From: Gemmatimonadota bacterium
Lineage (GTDB): Bacteria > Gemmatimonadota > Gemmatimonadetes > Longimicrobiales > RSA9
Direction: 5' to 3'
Assembly (NCBI GenBank): GCA_007126035.1
Contig: SLCC01000010.1
Location: forward strand, 9,141 to 73,140
Length of the DNA stretch: 64,000 bases
In this document: piece after piece, positions 30,780 to 39,513 of the stretch
Numbering within the stretch: position 1 is the first letter of the stretch
Layout of the letters: every line of letters starts with the position of its first letter
Program-made: the position numbers and the translations under genes
Notes under the pieces: model-generated
Database searches by the model: none
What the model was told of the DNA's origin: nothing
Seen by the model: only the letters and a program-made list of their open reading frames with translations

Positions 30780-30894
30780 GGTGACCTGAGCCACAGCCTC
30801 CGAGAGGCTACAGGTAGACACAACCTACACGGCTCCCCGGCGCCTGCGCACCGGGGAGCCGCCCGCCGCTACACCGGAGCTAACGCCTACGGAG

Positions 30895-31680
30895 CTAAGG
30901 CTTCGTGGGCTCCAGCTCCCCGTGCTCGAGGCGGTCCAGCAGGGATTCGAGCTGGACCACCGCCTTCCTCGCCGCGCCCCTGTAGGCGTGCCGGAACCCG
31001 GCGACAGACGCCCCGAATACGGGCAGGGCCACGATGGCGGCCACGGGGGCGACACCGAAGCCAAGGGTCGCGCCGACCACGGCGCCGATCGTCCCTCCCA
31101 TGGCCGAGCCGCCCAGGAGGTTGTCCCGTCTCTCCCCCGACAGGTCGGTGGACACGAGGACCGATGCCAGCTCCGGGTCCAACTGCCGGACGCTCACCTT
31201 CAGTGTCTGGAGGTCCAGCAGCGGCGACTTGCGGAACATTCCCGTGGTGGCCCTGGCCACGGTGGCCAGGACGCCAGTGGCCCTGACGAAGACGGTGCTG
31301 TCTCTCAGCCGTCGCTGGACGACCAGGTATTCGTGCTCGATAAGGTACCGTTCCAGGGTCTTGCCGATCCGGACGGCATCGCCCCTGACGGTCCTGGAGA
31401 CGGAGAATCGCGCCGGACCCATTACCCTGGCCACGACCCCGTCTTCGGGCACCGCTCCCGATCGCACCTCAGCCAGGGCCTGGCCCATGTGCTCGCCGGA
31501 CAGGCCCAGCTCTCGTCCGATCCGGAGCGCCTCCTCCTCGGACAACCCCTCTGCACCCGGCTCCTCCACCGACCTGGCCTGTAGCTCGGCGGCACGGCGG
31601 ATCACCAGCTCGAACTGCTCGTTGGTGAGCCGGGCGGAGGGGGTGTGATCCCCTGAACGCTTCTCCGGTGGTCTGGTCAC
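30895..31680 (-). CDS. Hypothetical membrane protein
   Basis: N-terminal VIRRAAELQ...IGRELGLS helical module; C-terminal Gly-rich hydrophobic hairpin; coding-like codon usage. Confidence 0.75.
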   Translation of the reverse strand: MTRPPEKRSGDHTPSARLTNEQFELVIRRAAELQARSVEEPGAEGLSEEEALRIGRELGLSGEHMGQALAEVRSGAVPEDGVVARVMGPARFSVSRTVRGDAVRIGKTLERYLIEHEYLVVQRRLRDSTVFVRATGVLATVARATTGMFRKSPLLDLQTLKVSVRQLDPELASVLVSTDLSGERRDNLLGGSAMGGTIGAVVGATLGFGVAPVAAIVALPVFGASVAGFRHAYRGAARKAVVQLESLLDRLEHGELEPTKP

Positions 31681-31753
31681 AGGATCAAGAGTATCCCGGA
31701 CTGGGATCCGGCGCTACCCACCAGCGCGCCCGGCACTGTCGCCCCCGGCACGA

Positions 31754-31782
31754 TTGCCTTTCCGGGACCCGCGACCTACACT
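31754..31782 (+). promoter_or_regulatory. sigma70-type promoter
   Basis: TTGCCT-N17-TACACT upstream of the 31830 ORF. Confidence 0.5.
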
Positions 31783-31829
31783 TGGGCAGGGGCGTAGACG
31801 ACGTCCCGGCCACACTCTAGCGCATCTGC

Positions 31830-32792
31830 ATGCTCTCCATCTATCTCTTCGCCGCCATCCTGGGTGGAGGCCTCCTCCTCATCGGCATGCTGGAGGTGAT
31901 CCGGGACGCCGACGCCACCTCAACCAGCGGGGGACGCGCCGTCATGAATCCTTTTGTCCTGATCACTCCCGTAGCCATGCTGGCCGGGACGCTGGGCTGC
32001 GCGCCCGCGCCCGGGCCCGCCGGCGCCGATTCCGCCGATGGCCTGATCCCGGTCGAGTTGGCGACCGTGGGCGTGGATGCCGTGCAGCACACTCCGGTCG
32101 TCCTGCTCCGCGAGCCCGGCACCGGCATGATCATCCCGATCTGGGTCGGTCTCCCGGAAGCCCAGGCCATTCTGGCCGTCATGCTGGGCGTGGAGATGCC
32201 CCGGCCCATGACCCACGACCTCCTGGCCGCCATGATCCACGAGCTGGGCGCCACCGTGGAGGAAGTGCTGGTCCACGACATCCAGGAGACCACATACATC
32301 GGCCGCGTTCGACTCCGGGTCGGGGACGAGTCGGAGCTCCGGGAGCTGGACAGCAGGCCCAGCGACGCCCTGGCCCTGGCGGTACGGACCGACGCTCCCA
32401 TCCGGGTCGCCGAACGATTGCTGGCCGAGCCGCCGCCCTTCGACTTCCTGGCACCCGAGGCCGATGAACAGGTGGTCCGGATGCTGGGCGCCACGGTGGT
32501 CGTGCCCAGCGCCAGCCTCCGGGAAAGGTACCAGCTGCCGGACCGGGACGGGCTGGTGGTGGTCGGGAGCTCCGGCGAAGCCGCCGACAAAGGCATCCGG
32601 CGGGGGGACCTCATCGTCGAGGTGAACAGCATGGTGCCCAGGGAGCCCATCGACTTCCTGGAAGCCGCCCTCCAGTCGGAGGGCGTGGTGCATGTCCGGT
32701 ACTGGCGGGACGGGGAAGAGACCGAGGTAGAGCTGTGGCCGCAGGTGATGCCCGGGCCGGAGCGCCGTCGCACACCGACCATCCGAACCTGA
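31830..32792 (+). CDS. Bifunctional nuclease (DUF151/BFN) domain plus C-terminal PDZ-like domain, with N-terminal export signal(s)
   Basis: PVVLLRE, IPIWVGLPEAQAI, PRPMTHDLL and LDSRPSDALALAVR (BFN); GLVV...AADKGIRRGDLIVEVN (PDZ). Alternative start at 31944 gives lipobox TLGC. Confidence 0.85.
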   Translation: MLSIYLFAAILGGGLLLIGMLEVIRDADATSTSGGRAVMNPFVLITPVAMLAGTLGCAPAPGPAGADSADGLIPVELATVGVDAVQHTPVVLLREPGTGMIIPIWVGLPEAQAILAVMLGVEMPRPMTHDLLAAMIHELGATVEEVLVHDIQETTYIGRVRLRVGDESELRELDSRPSDALALAVRTDAPIRVAERLLAEPPPFDFLAPEADEQVVRMLGATVVVPSASLRERYQLPDRDGLVVVGSSGEAADKGIRRGDLIVEVNSMVPREPIDFLEAALQSEGVVHVRYWRDGEETEVELWPQVMPGPERRRTPTIRT

Positions 32793-32808
32793 GAGCCGGT
32801 CCCGGAAG

Positions 32809-34062
32809 TTGCCACGACGCCCCCGGATCCACACCGCCTCGGCTGTCGACCTCCCAGTCGCCGTGGCCGCCGCGCTCGCCGTCGCCATCGTGGTCGCGGC
32901 GACTGCCTGCGCTACCCACGTCCCGTCGACCCGCGTAGCCTGGCCTGCCGACGATCACCATGGAGCCTGGGCCGCTTCATTCCCCGACGCGGACACGGTC
33001 CGTGTGACGCCGCTGGTCCGGGGGGTGCGCCACGTCTACCTCTGGCTGCCGGCAGGCCCGTGGGCGGTGCACCTGGTAGAGCTCGACCAGGGCCTCTGTG
33101 CTCCCGACCTGGCAGCGGTGAAGGCCGGGCCGCCCCTCAGTGACCTGGCCCCCACCACCGCACTCGGCGCTGACGCGCTCGTCGCCATCAACGGAGACTT
33201 CTTCATGCGCCCGGGTGGCACGCCGGTGGGCGCCCACGTGCACGAGGGCAGGGTCATGGCGGGACCCGGGACCAGGCCGGCGTACATGTGGGACGTCACC
33301 GGAGACCACCGGGCCGGGACCGCCCGAATCGTCGGCTTCGCCATCGCCGGAGAGGACAGCGCCTCCATCACCCAGGTCAACCGACCGATCCAGGGGAATA
33401 GACACCACCCGCCCCCTGCCGGCCTCGTGGCCTTCGACCGGTGGTACGGAGACAGTATACCAGCGGAGCCGGGGGTGCCCACCATGGGGCTGCGGGTAGT
33501 CGAGAGGGAAGCCGCTGGAGGCGCCGGCCGCGGCGTCGTCGACGTCATCGCCGGTGAGAGACGATCCGTAGCCTTGAACGGGCGCCGGATGGCGCTCCGA
33601 GCGACAGACGAGGCTTCGACCCAGTGGCTCGGCGGGGTAAGCCCGGGTGATACGATCCGCTGGTGGGTGCGACTGCTGCCCGCTGACGGTGGTCATCCGG
33701 TGGCCGAGGCCGTCGGCGGGTTCCCCGTCCTGGTCGAGGGCGGACGTGGCGTGGTGGCCGAACAGCAGGGCGTCATCCCAACGTTCGGCGAGGCCCGGCA
33801 CCCCAGGACCGCTGTGGGCTGGGATGACGACGCCAGGTCATATTGGATAGTGGTGGACGGCCGCCAGGCACCGTACTCCGACGGCATGAGCCTGCGGGAG
33901 CTGGAGTGGCTCCTGCTGCGCCTCGGCGCCACCGAGGCCATCAACCTGGATGGCGGTGGGTCCACGGCCATGGCCATCCGCGGAGAGCTGGCCAACCGGC
34001 CGTCAGACCCCGCCGGCGAGCGCGCGGTGGCCAACGTGCTCGCGCTCCGCGGCTGCCTGTAA
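32809..34062 (+). CDS. Phosphodiester glycosidase (NAGPA/DUF2233) family exported protein
   Basis: INGDFF, HPRTAVG, VVDGRQ and AINLDGGGST; hydrophobic leader with ATAC. TTG start uncertain. Confidence 0.85.
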   Translation: MPRRPRIHTASAVDLPVAVAAALAVAIVVAATACATHVPSTRVAWPADDHHGAWAASFPDADTVRVTPLVRGVRHVYLWLPAGPWAVHLVELDQGLCAPDLAAVKAGPPLSDLAPTTALGADALVAINGDFFMRPGGTPVGAHVHEGRVMAGPGTRPAYMWDVTGDHRAGTARIVGFAIAGEDSASITQVNRPIQGNRHHPPPAGLVAFDRWYGDSIPAEPGVPTMGLRVVEREAAGGAGRGVVDVIAGERRSVALNGRRMALRATDEASTQWLGGVSPGDTIRWWVRLLPADGGHPVAEAVGGFPVLVEGGRGVVAEQQGVIPTFGEARHPRTAVGWDDDARSYWIVVDGRQAPYSDGMSLRELEWLLLRLGATEAINLDGGGSTAMAIRGELANRPSDPAGERAVANVLALRGCL

Positions 34063-34181
34063 CGCCTGCTGCCGCCTGCTGGGCCCAGAAAGAAACATGT
34101 ACTTGCCCGGCTGATAGCACCTATAATTGGGAAGACAGACCCGGCAGCCCGCCCAACAATCCTGAGCGGAGGTCCCGCGAC

Positions 34182-35924
34182 ATGTACACGATTGGCGGTG
34201 TATTCTCTCTGCTGATCATCCTGGTCCTGGCGACGACGCCCGTGTCCTCGCCCGCGGTAGCCCAGGAACCGACAGCCCATGGCATCACCATCCTGGTCCC
34301 CGACCTGCCGCCTGGCGAAGGGCTCAGAGCCCGGTTCGGCAGCCGTGTCGCCCGGGAGCTCCGATCTCAGATCGACCGCCTGCACACCCACTACAGGGTG
34401 CAGGACCGGGATCTGCGAGACGCGCTGCGTCGCTACAACATCCCCCGAAGTCAGCTCTCCGACTGCCTGATGGCCAGGCAGCTGGCCATGCAGGAGGGCT
34501 GGGACCTGGTGGTGTGCGGCTCGTACGAGGACGCTGGAGATCGCAACCTCCTGGTCCATGCCAGCTTCGTCGCCGCCGAGTCGGGCGAGGCCTTCGACGT
34601 GGATCCGTTCGTGGTGAGCGAGCGGGATACGCGGGAGGCGGCAAGCCGGATCCTGGAGACCTTCGACGTCTGGCAGACCCAGCTCCGGCATACCCTCTTC
34701 TGTTCGGATTACGTGGAGAGTCGGCAATGGGACCTGGCTCTGACCAACTGTCGACAGGCCCTGGAGATCAACCCCGTCTCCCGACCCGCCCGCTACATGC
34801 TGGGTTACATATACTGGCAGACCGAGCGGCTGGAGGAGGCACTGGAGGCCGTCGACTCCCTGCTCGAAGTATACGGACTGCACCAGGACGCGATGAAGCT
34901 GGGCGGCATCGTCGCCACGCAGCTGGGTGACCGGCCACTCGCACGTGCGTATCTGGACCGGTACATGGAGCTGAATCCGGCTGACGTCCGGGTCCGCCTG
35001 ACCATCGCCACGGAGATCGCCAACGCGGGAGATCCGGAGGGCGCGCTGGACTTCGCCCAGCAGGGCCTCGAGCACGAGCCGGAGAACGTGGACCTGATCA
35101 GTTACATCGGCCAGTTCGCCATGAACGCCGCATTGCAGGCCGACAGCAGGGATGGCCGGCCGGCAACGACGTCGCCCCACGTGGCCGGACTCTACCAGAC
35201 GGCCGCGGACTCGTTCGATGACGTGGTCCGCCTCCAGGGTGACGACGTCGAGCCGAGGGTCCTGGAGCGCCTGGTCATCGCCCGGACCAGGCTTGGCCAG
35301 GTCGACAGAGCGATCGCCGTCGGTCTGCGAGCCACCGAGCTGGCCCCGGAGGACGGCTCCGTCTGGGAGGCTTATTCACGTGCCCTCGAGGAGGCGGGTC
35401 GGGCCGAGCAGGCCCTCGAGGCCATCGACCGAGCCCGGCAACTGGGGAGGGCCGGGCCCGCCCTGGCCCAGAGAACCGCCCAGATCCACCTGCGCCAGCG
35501 CGACGTTGCCGCCGCCGTCCGCGCCCTGCGCGGCACCGTGGACCGTGGAGAGATCGACGCCCACGACGCCTGGCGGATCATGTTCGGATACGCCTACAAC
35601 GACAGGTATCGGGCGGGCCAGCTGATGGAGGCTGTCCAGGCACTGGATCTGGCCGCACCCCTGGCCACGGCCGAGAGCGACAGGCTGGCCCGGAACTTCT
35701 GGACGGGCTACTTCCTGTACAACCATGCCTCCGAAGTGCACCAGCCCCAGACAGCGGATTCCGCCCGCCGCGCCAGGCCCATGTTCGAGCGGGCGCTGGA
35801 GCTGCTGAATGCCTCCCGGGGCTACGAACGGTTCGAGCCGGCGGCCCGGAGCCTGCTTCAGCTGCTGGAGGCCTGCGAGCGCATGATCGAGATCCAGGTG
35901 GCCCTGATCCGCCGCGGTCGATGA
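34182..35924 (+). CDS. Exported tetratricopeptide-repeat protein
   Basis: Signal peptide ending AVA-Q; repeated TPR-like helices (ALEINP, YMELNP, ATELAP); GGAGG RBS; TATAAT nearby upstream. Confidence 0.85.
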   Translation: MYTIGGVFSLLIILVLATTPVSSPAVAQEPTAHGITILVPDLPPGEGLRARFGSRVARELRSQIDRLHTHYRVQDRDLRDALRRYNIPRSQLSDCLMARQLAMQEGWDLVVCGSYEDAGDRNLLVHASFVAAESGEAFDVDPFVVSERDTREAASRILETFDVWQTQLRHTLFCSDYVESRQWDLALTNCRQALEINPVSRPARYMLGYIYWQTERLEEALEAVDSLLEVYGLHQDAMKLGGIVATQLGDRPLARAYLDRYMELNPADVRVRLTIATEIANAGDPEGALDFAQQGLEHEPENVDLISYIGQFAMNAALQADSRDGRPATTSPHVAGLYQTAADSFDDVVRLQGDDVEPRVLERLVIARTRLGQVDRAIAVGLRATELAPEDGSVWEAYSRALEEAGRAEQALEAIDRARQLGRAGPALAQRTAQIHLRQRDVAAAVRALRGTVDRGEIDAHDAWRIMFGYAYNDRYRAGQLMEAVQALDLAAPLATAESDRLARNFWTGYFLYNHASEVHQPQTADSARRARPMFERALELLNASRGYERFEPAARSLLQLLEACERMIEIQVALIRRGR

Positions 35925-35976
35925 GCCTCGAGATCGGCGCGCCTCGTGGCCCAGCACCCGTAGCGGGCGGCGAGGG

Positions 35977-37686
35977 TTGATGGATTACGACATGCAGACG
36001 GTCCGGGTTCCCCGCCTCGCCGGGCGGGCCCTTGGCCTTTTCGTTCGCATGGCGGAGAGCAGGGCGACCCGGCCCCTGATCATTGGACGCCTGCTCGCCA
36101 GCGCCGGGCTCCACGGCTTCCGGGCGGCACAGCTCGGCGAGCCGCCCTCACCAGTGCCCTCGCTCCCCAGGCCCGGAACGTCGGCCGGGAAAGCTTCGGC
36201 CGGAGCCGGTTCCGGGGGCCACACGCTCGTTGGAGACCTCCAGAGCCTGGCGGAATCGGCGCCAGTAGGACCCGGTTTCCGCTTCGAGAGCATCGCCGAC
36301 TTTGCCCGCGCGTACCGGGAGCGGACCAGCGACCCGGTGGCGGTGGCGGAGCGGGCGCTGGCGGCAATCGATGGGGCCGACCAGGCGGAGCCGCCGCTCC
36401 GGGCCATGATCGCCGTCAGGCCGGACGACGTCCGAGCGCAGGCCCACGCCGCCGCCCGCCGACACCGCAGCGGCCAGCCCCTGGGGCCGTTGGACGGCGT
36501 GCCGGTGGCGGTGAAGGACGAGTTCCACATGCGAGGATACCCGACCACCGCCGGGACCCGCTTCCTCCGCCAGACCGCCCACGCGGACGCCACGGTAGTG
36601 GCCAGGCTCCGTGACGCCGGTGCCGTACTGATCGGCAAGGCGAACATGCACGAGATCGGCATCGACACCACCGGCTTCAACCCCCATCACGGCACCCCCG
36701 TCAACCCGTACGGTCCGGGGCGGTACCCCGGCGGATCGTCCAGCGGCTCGGCGGTGGCGGTGGCGGCAGGGCTCTGCCCGGTTGCCGTGGCGGCGGACGG
36801 GGGCGGGTCGATCCGGGTACCCGCTGCGCTTTGCGGCGTGGTCGGTCTCAAGCCGACCTGGAGCCGGGTCAGCGACGCCGGCGCCTTCCCCCTCTGCTGG
36901 AGCGTGGCCCATCCGGGCCCGGTGGCTGCAACTGCCAGGGACGCCGCCATCGCCTACGCCCTCATGGCCGGACCCGACCCCCTCGACCCCAACACCCTGG
37001 GCCAGCCGGCGCCGGACCTGGACGGCCTCGGTACAGCCGGCATTGACGGGCTGCGTCTGGGCATCTTCAGCGAATGGTTCGAGCACGCGGAGCCGGACGT
37101 GGTGGGCACCTGCCAGGCACTCATAGCGAAGCTGGAGGACCTGGGCGCCAGGGTCGTACCGTTGACGATCCCCGACCTGGAGCTGGCTCGCGTGGCTCAC
37201 GGCGTGACCATCCTCTCCGAAATGGTCGCCGCCATGGAGCCGTATCGGGACCGGTGGCGCGAGCTGTCACTACCGGTCAGACTGAACCTGGCCATCGCCA
37301 GGGAGCTCACCGCAAGCGATTACGTCCGCGCACAGCAGGTCAGGACCCGTCTTTGTGCCGCCATGGAAGAGGCCTTCCAACACACGGATGTCATCGTGAC
37401 GCCCACAACCGGACTGGTGGCGCCACGGATCGCCGCGGCCGTCGAGCCCCTGGGCGAAAGCAACCTGGAGCTGACCAGCGCCCTCATGCGCTTCATATTC
37501 CCCGCTAACCTGTCAGGGCACCCTGCCATCTCCTTCCCCGCAGGGTACGACGACGCCGGCCTGCCCATCGGGCTCCAGTGCATCGGACGGCCGTGGCAGG
37601 AAAGCACCCTGCTCCGGGTGGCGGAAGCCGCCGAGCAGCTGGTACAGCGACGCCCGCCCCGGATCAGCTCACGCCTCCTGGATTGA
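35977..37686 (+). CDS. Amidase-signature enzyme resembling plant fatty acid amide hydrolase
   Basis: VAVKD, GKANMHEIG, PGGSSSGS and ADGGGSIRVPA (Lys-Ser-Ser triad); plant-FAAH-like N-terminal extension. Confidence 0.88.
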   Translation: MMDYDMQTVRVPRLAGRALGLFVRMAESRATRPLIIGRLLASAGLHGFRAAQLGEPPSPVPSLPRPGTSAGKASAGAGSGGHTLVGDLQSLAESAPVGPGFRFESIADFARAYRERTSDPVAVAERALAAIDGADQAEPPLRAMIAVRPDDVRAQAHAAARRHRSGQPLGPLDGVPVAVKDEFHMRGYPTTAGTRFLRQTAHADATVVARLRDAGAVLIGKANMHEIGIDTTGFNPHHGTPVNPYGPGRYPGGSSSGSAVAVAAGLCPVAVAADGGGSIRVPAALCGVVGLKPTWSRVSDAGAFPLCWSVAHPGPVAATARDAAIAYALMAGPDPLDPNTLGQPAPDLDGLGTAGIDGLRLGIFSEWFEHAEPDVVGTCQALIAKLEDLGARVVPLTIPDLELARVAHGVTILSEMVAAMEPYRDRWRELSLPVRLNLAIARELTASDYVRAQQVRTRLCAAMEEAFQHTDVIVTPTTGLVAPRIAAAVEPLGESNLELTSALMRFIFPANLSGHPAISFPAGYDDAGLPIGLQCIGRPWQESTLLRVAEAAEQLVQRRPPRISSRLLD

Positions 37687-39027
37687 TCAGGCCCCCGACG
37701 CCAGGTCCAGAACCATCACCACAGCCGACGCGGGGCAGACAGCGCTGAATTCGACACTATCCTGCACCGCCGTCGACGCATCAGCGCGGGCGATACGACG
37801 GAATCCCCAGCGAGGGAAGTACTCCGCCGCAGTGGTCGTCAACAGGTAGATGCGGTCCAGACCCGCTTCACGGGCCGCAGCCAGGACCCGGGCCGTCAGG
37901 GCACCACCAATCCCCGACGAACGAGCCGTCGGGTCCACCGCCACCGACCGCAGAACGCCATCCTCTCCATGGACCTCGAGGCCGGCCACACCCACCACCC
38001 GGGTGCCCGACTCCGCCACCACGAACCCGCCCAGCGCCTCAGCTACCCCCTCCGTCGGTAGCTGACAACGCCGCAGCAGGCCCTCCACGGCCGCCAGATC
38101 ACCGGGCTCCGCCACACGGTACGACACCTCGAGCCCGCCCTTCCGGGCCCGGATGAACGCGGCCATGAACCGGCCCTCCACAGCCGCCGTGAACGCGTCC
38201 GGGTCCAGACCCGCATCCAACACCACCGCACGAGCCTCCTCCGGGTCGTAGATCCGCGTCGGCTCCACACTGGGAGCCTCGAAGCCCACCTCCCGAAGGA
38301 GCGACTCGAACTCCCGCTCCTCCAGAGCACCGGCCACGCAACCCACCCACAACTCCATGCTCCGACGCACCTCTGGCGGAACCTCGCCCCGTACCACCAC
38401 GTCCGCCACAGCCAGTCGGCCGCCTGGCTTCAACACCCGGAAGACCTCCCCCAGGACCCGGCGCTTGTCCACCGACAGGTTGATCACGCAGTTGCTGATC
38501 ACCACGTCCACGCTCTCGTCAGGCAGCGGGATCGACTCCATCTCCCCCTTGAGGAACTCCACGCTGCCACCACCCCACTCCCCTACCTCCCCCCCGGCGC
38601 CAGATGCCACCGCACCACCAGGGAGCGCTCCGGCCGCCGCCGCGTTGCGACGAGCCAGATCCAGCATCTCGTCCGTCATGTCCAGGCCGTAGACCTTCCC
38701 CGCCGGCCCCACCCGCCGGGCGCTCAGCAATACGTCGATCCCGCCACCGCTGCCAAGGTCCAGAACCACCTCGCCCGCACCCAGATCCGCCAGCGCCGTG
38801 GGATTGCCACAGCCCAGTGAAGCCAGCACCGCCGCCTCCGGCAGCGACGACGTGGTCGTCGCATCGTACAGGTCCCGCGTGATGGGATTCGGCGCCGTGA
38901 CAGCGCCGCCAGCGCAACAAGCCGCGACCGGGCCGCCACAACAGGACTGCACCCCGGCAACCTCTCCAGCCCGGAGCGCCGCCTCCCGGTACCGCTCCCG
39001 CACCACCGCCTTCACATCCTCACTCAT
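37687..39027 (-). CDS. arsM: Arsenite methyltransferase ArsM fused to ArsN2-type GNAT acetyltransferase
   Basis: ArsM motifs SCC, SLGCGNP, LDLGSGGG, ISNCVINL and WVGCVAGA; in-frame GNAT motifs LRSVAVD, IYLLTTTA and SVEF..VCPASA. Confidence 0.92.
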   Translation of the reverse strand: MSEDVKAVVRERYREAALRAGEVAGVQSCCGGPVAACCAGGAVTAPNPITRDLYDATTTSSLPEAAVLASLGCGNPTALADLGAGEVVLDLGSGGGIDVLLSARRVGPAGKVYGLDMTDEMLDLARRNAAAAGALPGGAVASGAGGEVGEWGGGSVEFLKGEMESIPLPDESVDVVISNCVINLSVDKRRVLGEVFRVLKPGGRLAVADVVVRGEVPPEVRRSMELWVGCVAGALEEREFESLLREVGFEAPSVEPTRIYDPEEARAVVLDAGLDPDAFTAAVEGRFMAAFIRARKGGLEVSYRVAEPGDLAAVEGLLRRCQLPTEGVAEALGGFVVAESGTRVVGVAGLEVHGEDGVLRSVAVDPTARSSGIGGALTARVLAAAREAGLDRIYLLTTTAAEYFPRWGFRRIARADASTAVQDSVEFSAVCPASAVVMVLDLASGA

Positions 39028-39042
39028 GCTCGACCCCTTCGC

Positions 39043-39058
39043 ATCAATAGAAGTTGAT
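39043..39058. promoter_or_regulatory. Putative ArsR operator (internal, upstream of arsM)
   Basis: ATCAA-tagaag-TTGAT. Confidence 0.7.
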
Positions 39059-39081
39059 ATGTGACCACAAAAAAAACCGGC

Positions 39082-39471
39082 TCAACTCCCGCCGTCACCA
39101 CTCCCGGACCGGCAGCAGCCTGCCAACAGGCTGCCACCCTGTTCCTGCGCTCCGGAGGCAGTGCTCAGACCATCCCCAGCGAGTCCGGGATCCCTCACCT
39201 CAGCGAGAAACGCGCGCATCTCCTCCAGCGCCTCCGGCGCGAGGCGATAATAGACCCAGCGGCCACGGCGCCGATCCGCCACCACGCCGGCTTCCTTCAG
39301 CTTCTTCAGGTGGAATGACAGGCGGGACTGCCCCGCCCCCAGGTCGGCCTGAAGATCGCACACGCACCTCTCCCCCGCCGCCAGGAGCTGGACCACCCTG
39401 AACCGGGTCTCCTCGGCCACTGCCTGGAACTGCCGTAACAGCTGCCCGCCATCCGCGCTTGGTTTCATCAT
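39082..39471 (-). CDS. arsR: ArsR/SmtB metalloregulator
   Basis: GERCVCDL, QSRLSFHLKKL, RRGRWVYYRL and C-terminal CC. Start moved to ATG 39471 because ATG 39480 overlaps the -10 box. Confidence 0.92.
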   Translation of the reverse strand: MMKPSADGGQLLRQFQAVAEETRFRVVQLLAAGERCVCDLQADLGAGQSRLSFHLKKLKEAGVVADRRRGRWVYYRLAPEALEEMRAFLAEVRDPGLAGDGLSTASGAQEQGGSLLAGCCRSGSGDGGS

Positions 39472-39478
39472 GCCGGCC

Positions 39479-39508
39479 ATGATACATCAACGCGTATTGA
39501 TGTGTCAA
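39479..39508 (-). promoter_or_regulatory. arsR promoter with embedded operator
   Basis: Minus strand TTGACA-N18-TATCAT; palindrome ACATCAA-cgcgta-TTGATGT fills the spacer. Confidence 0.8.
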
Positions 39509-39513
39509 GGGCC

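Noticed and set aside
37687-39027. Selenocysteine or stop-codon readthrough in arsM or the other redox genes
   Set aside because: The reading frames are uninterrupted and the motif positions encode ordinary Cys.
39043-39501. FNR sites (TTGAT/ATCAA half-sites)
   Set aside because: Order and spacing are ATCAA-N6-TTGAT, not TTGAT-N4-ATCAA, which fits an ArsR operator.
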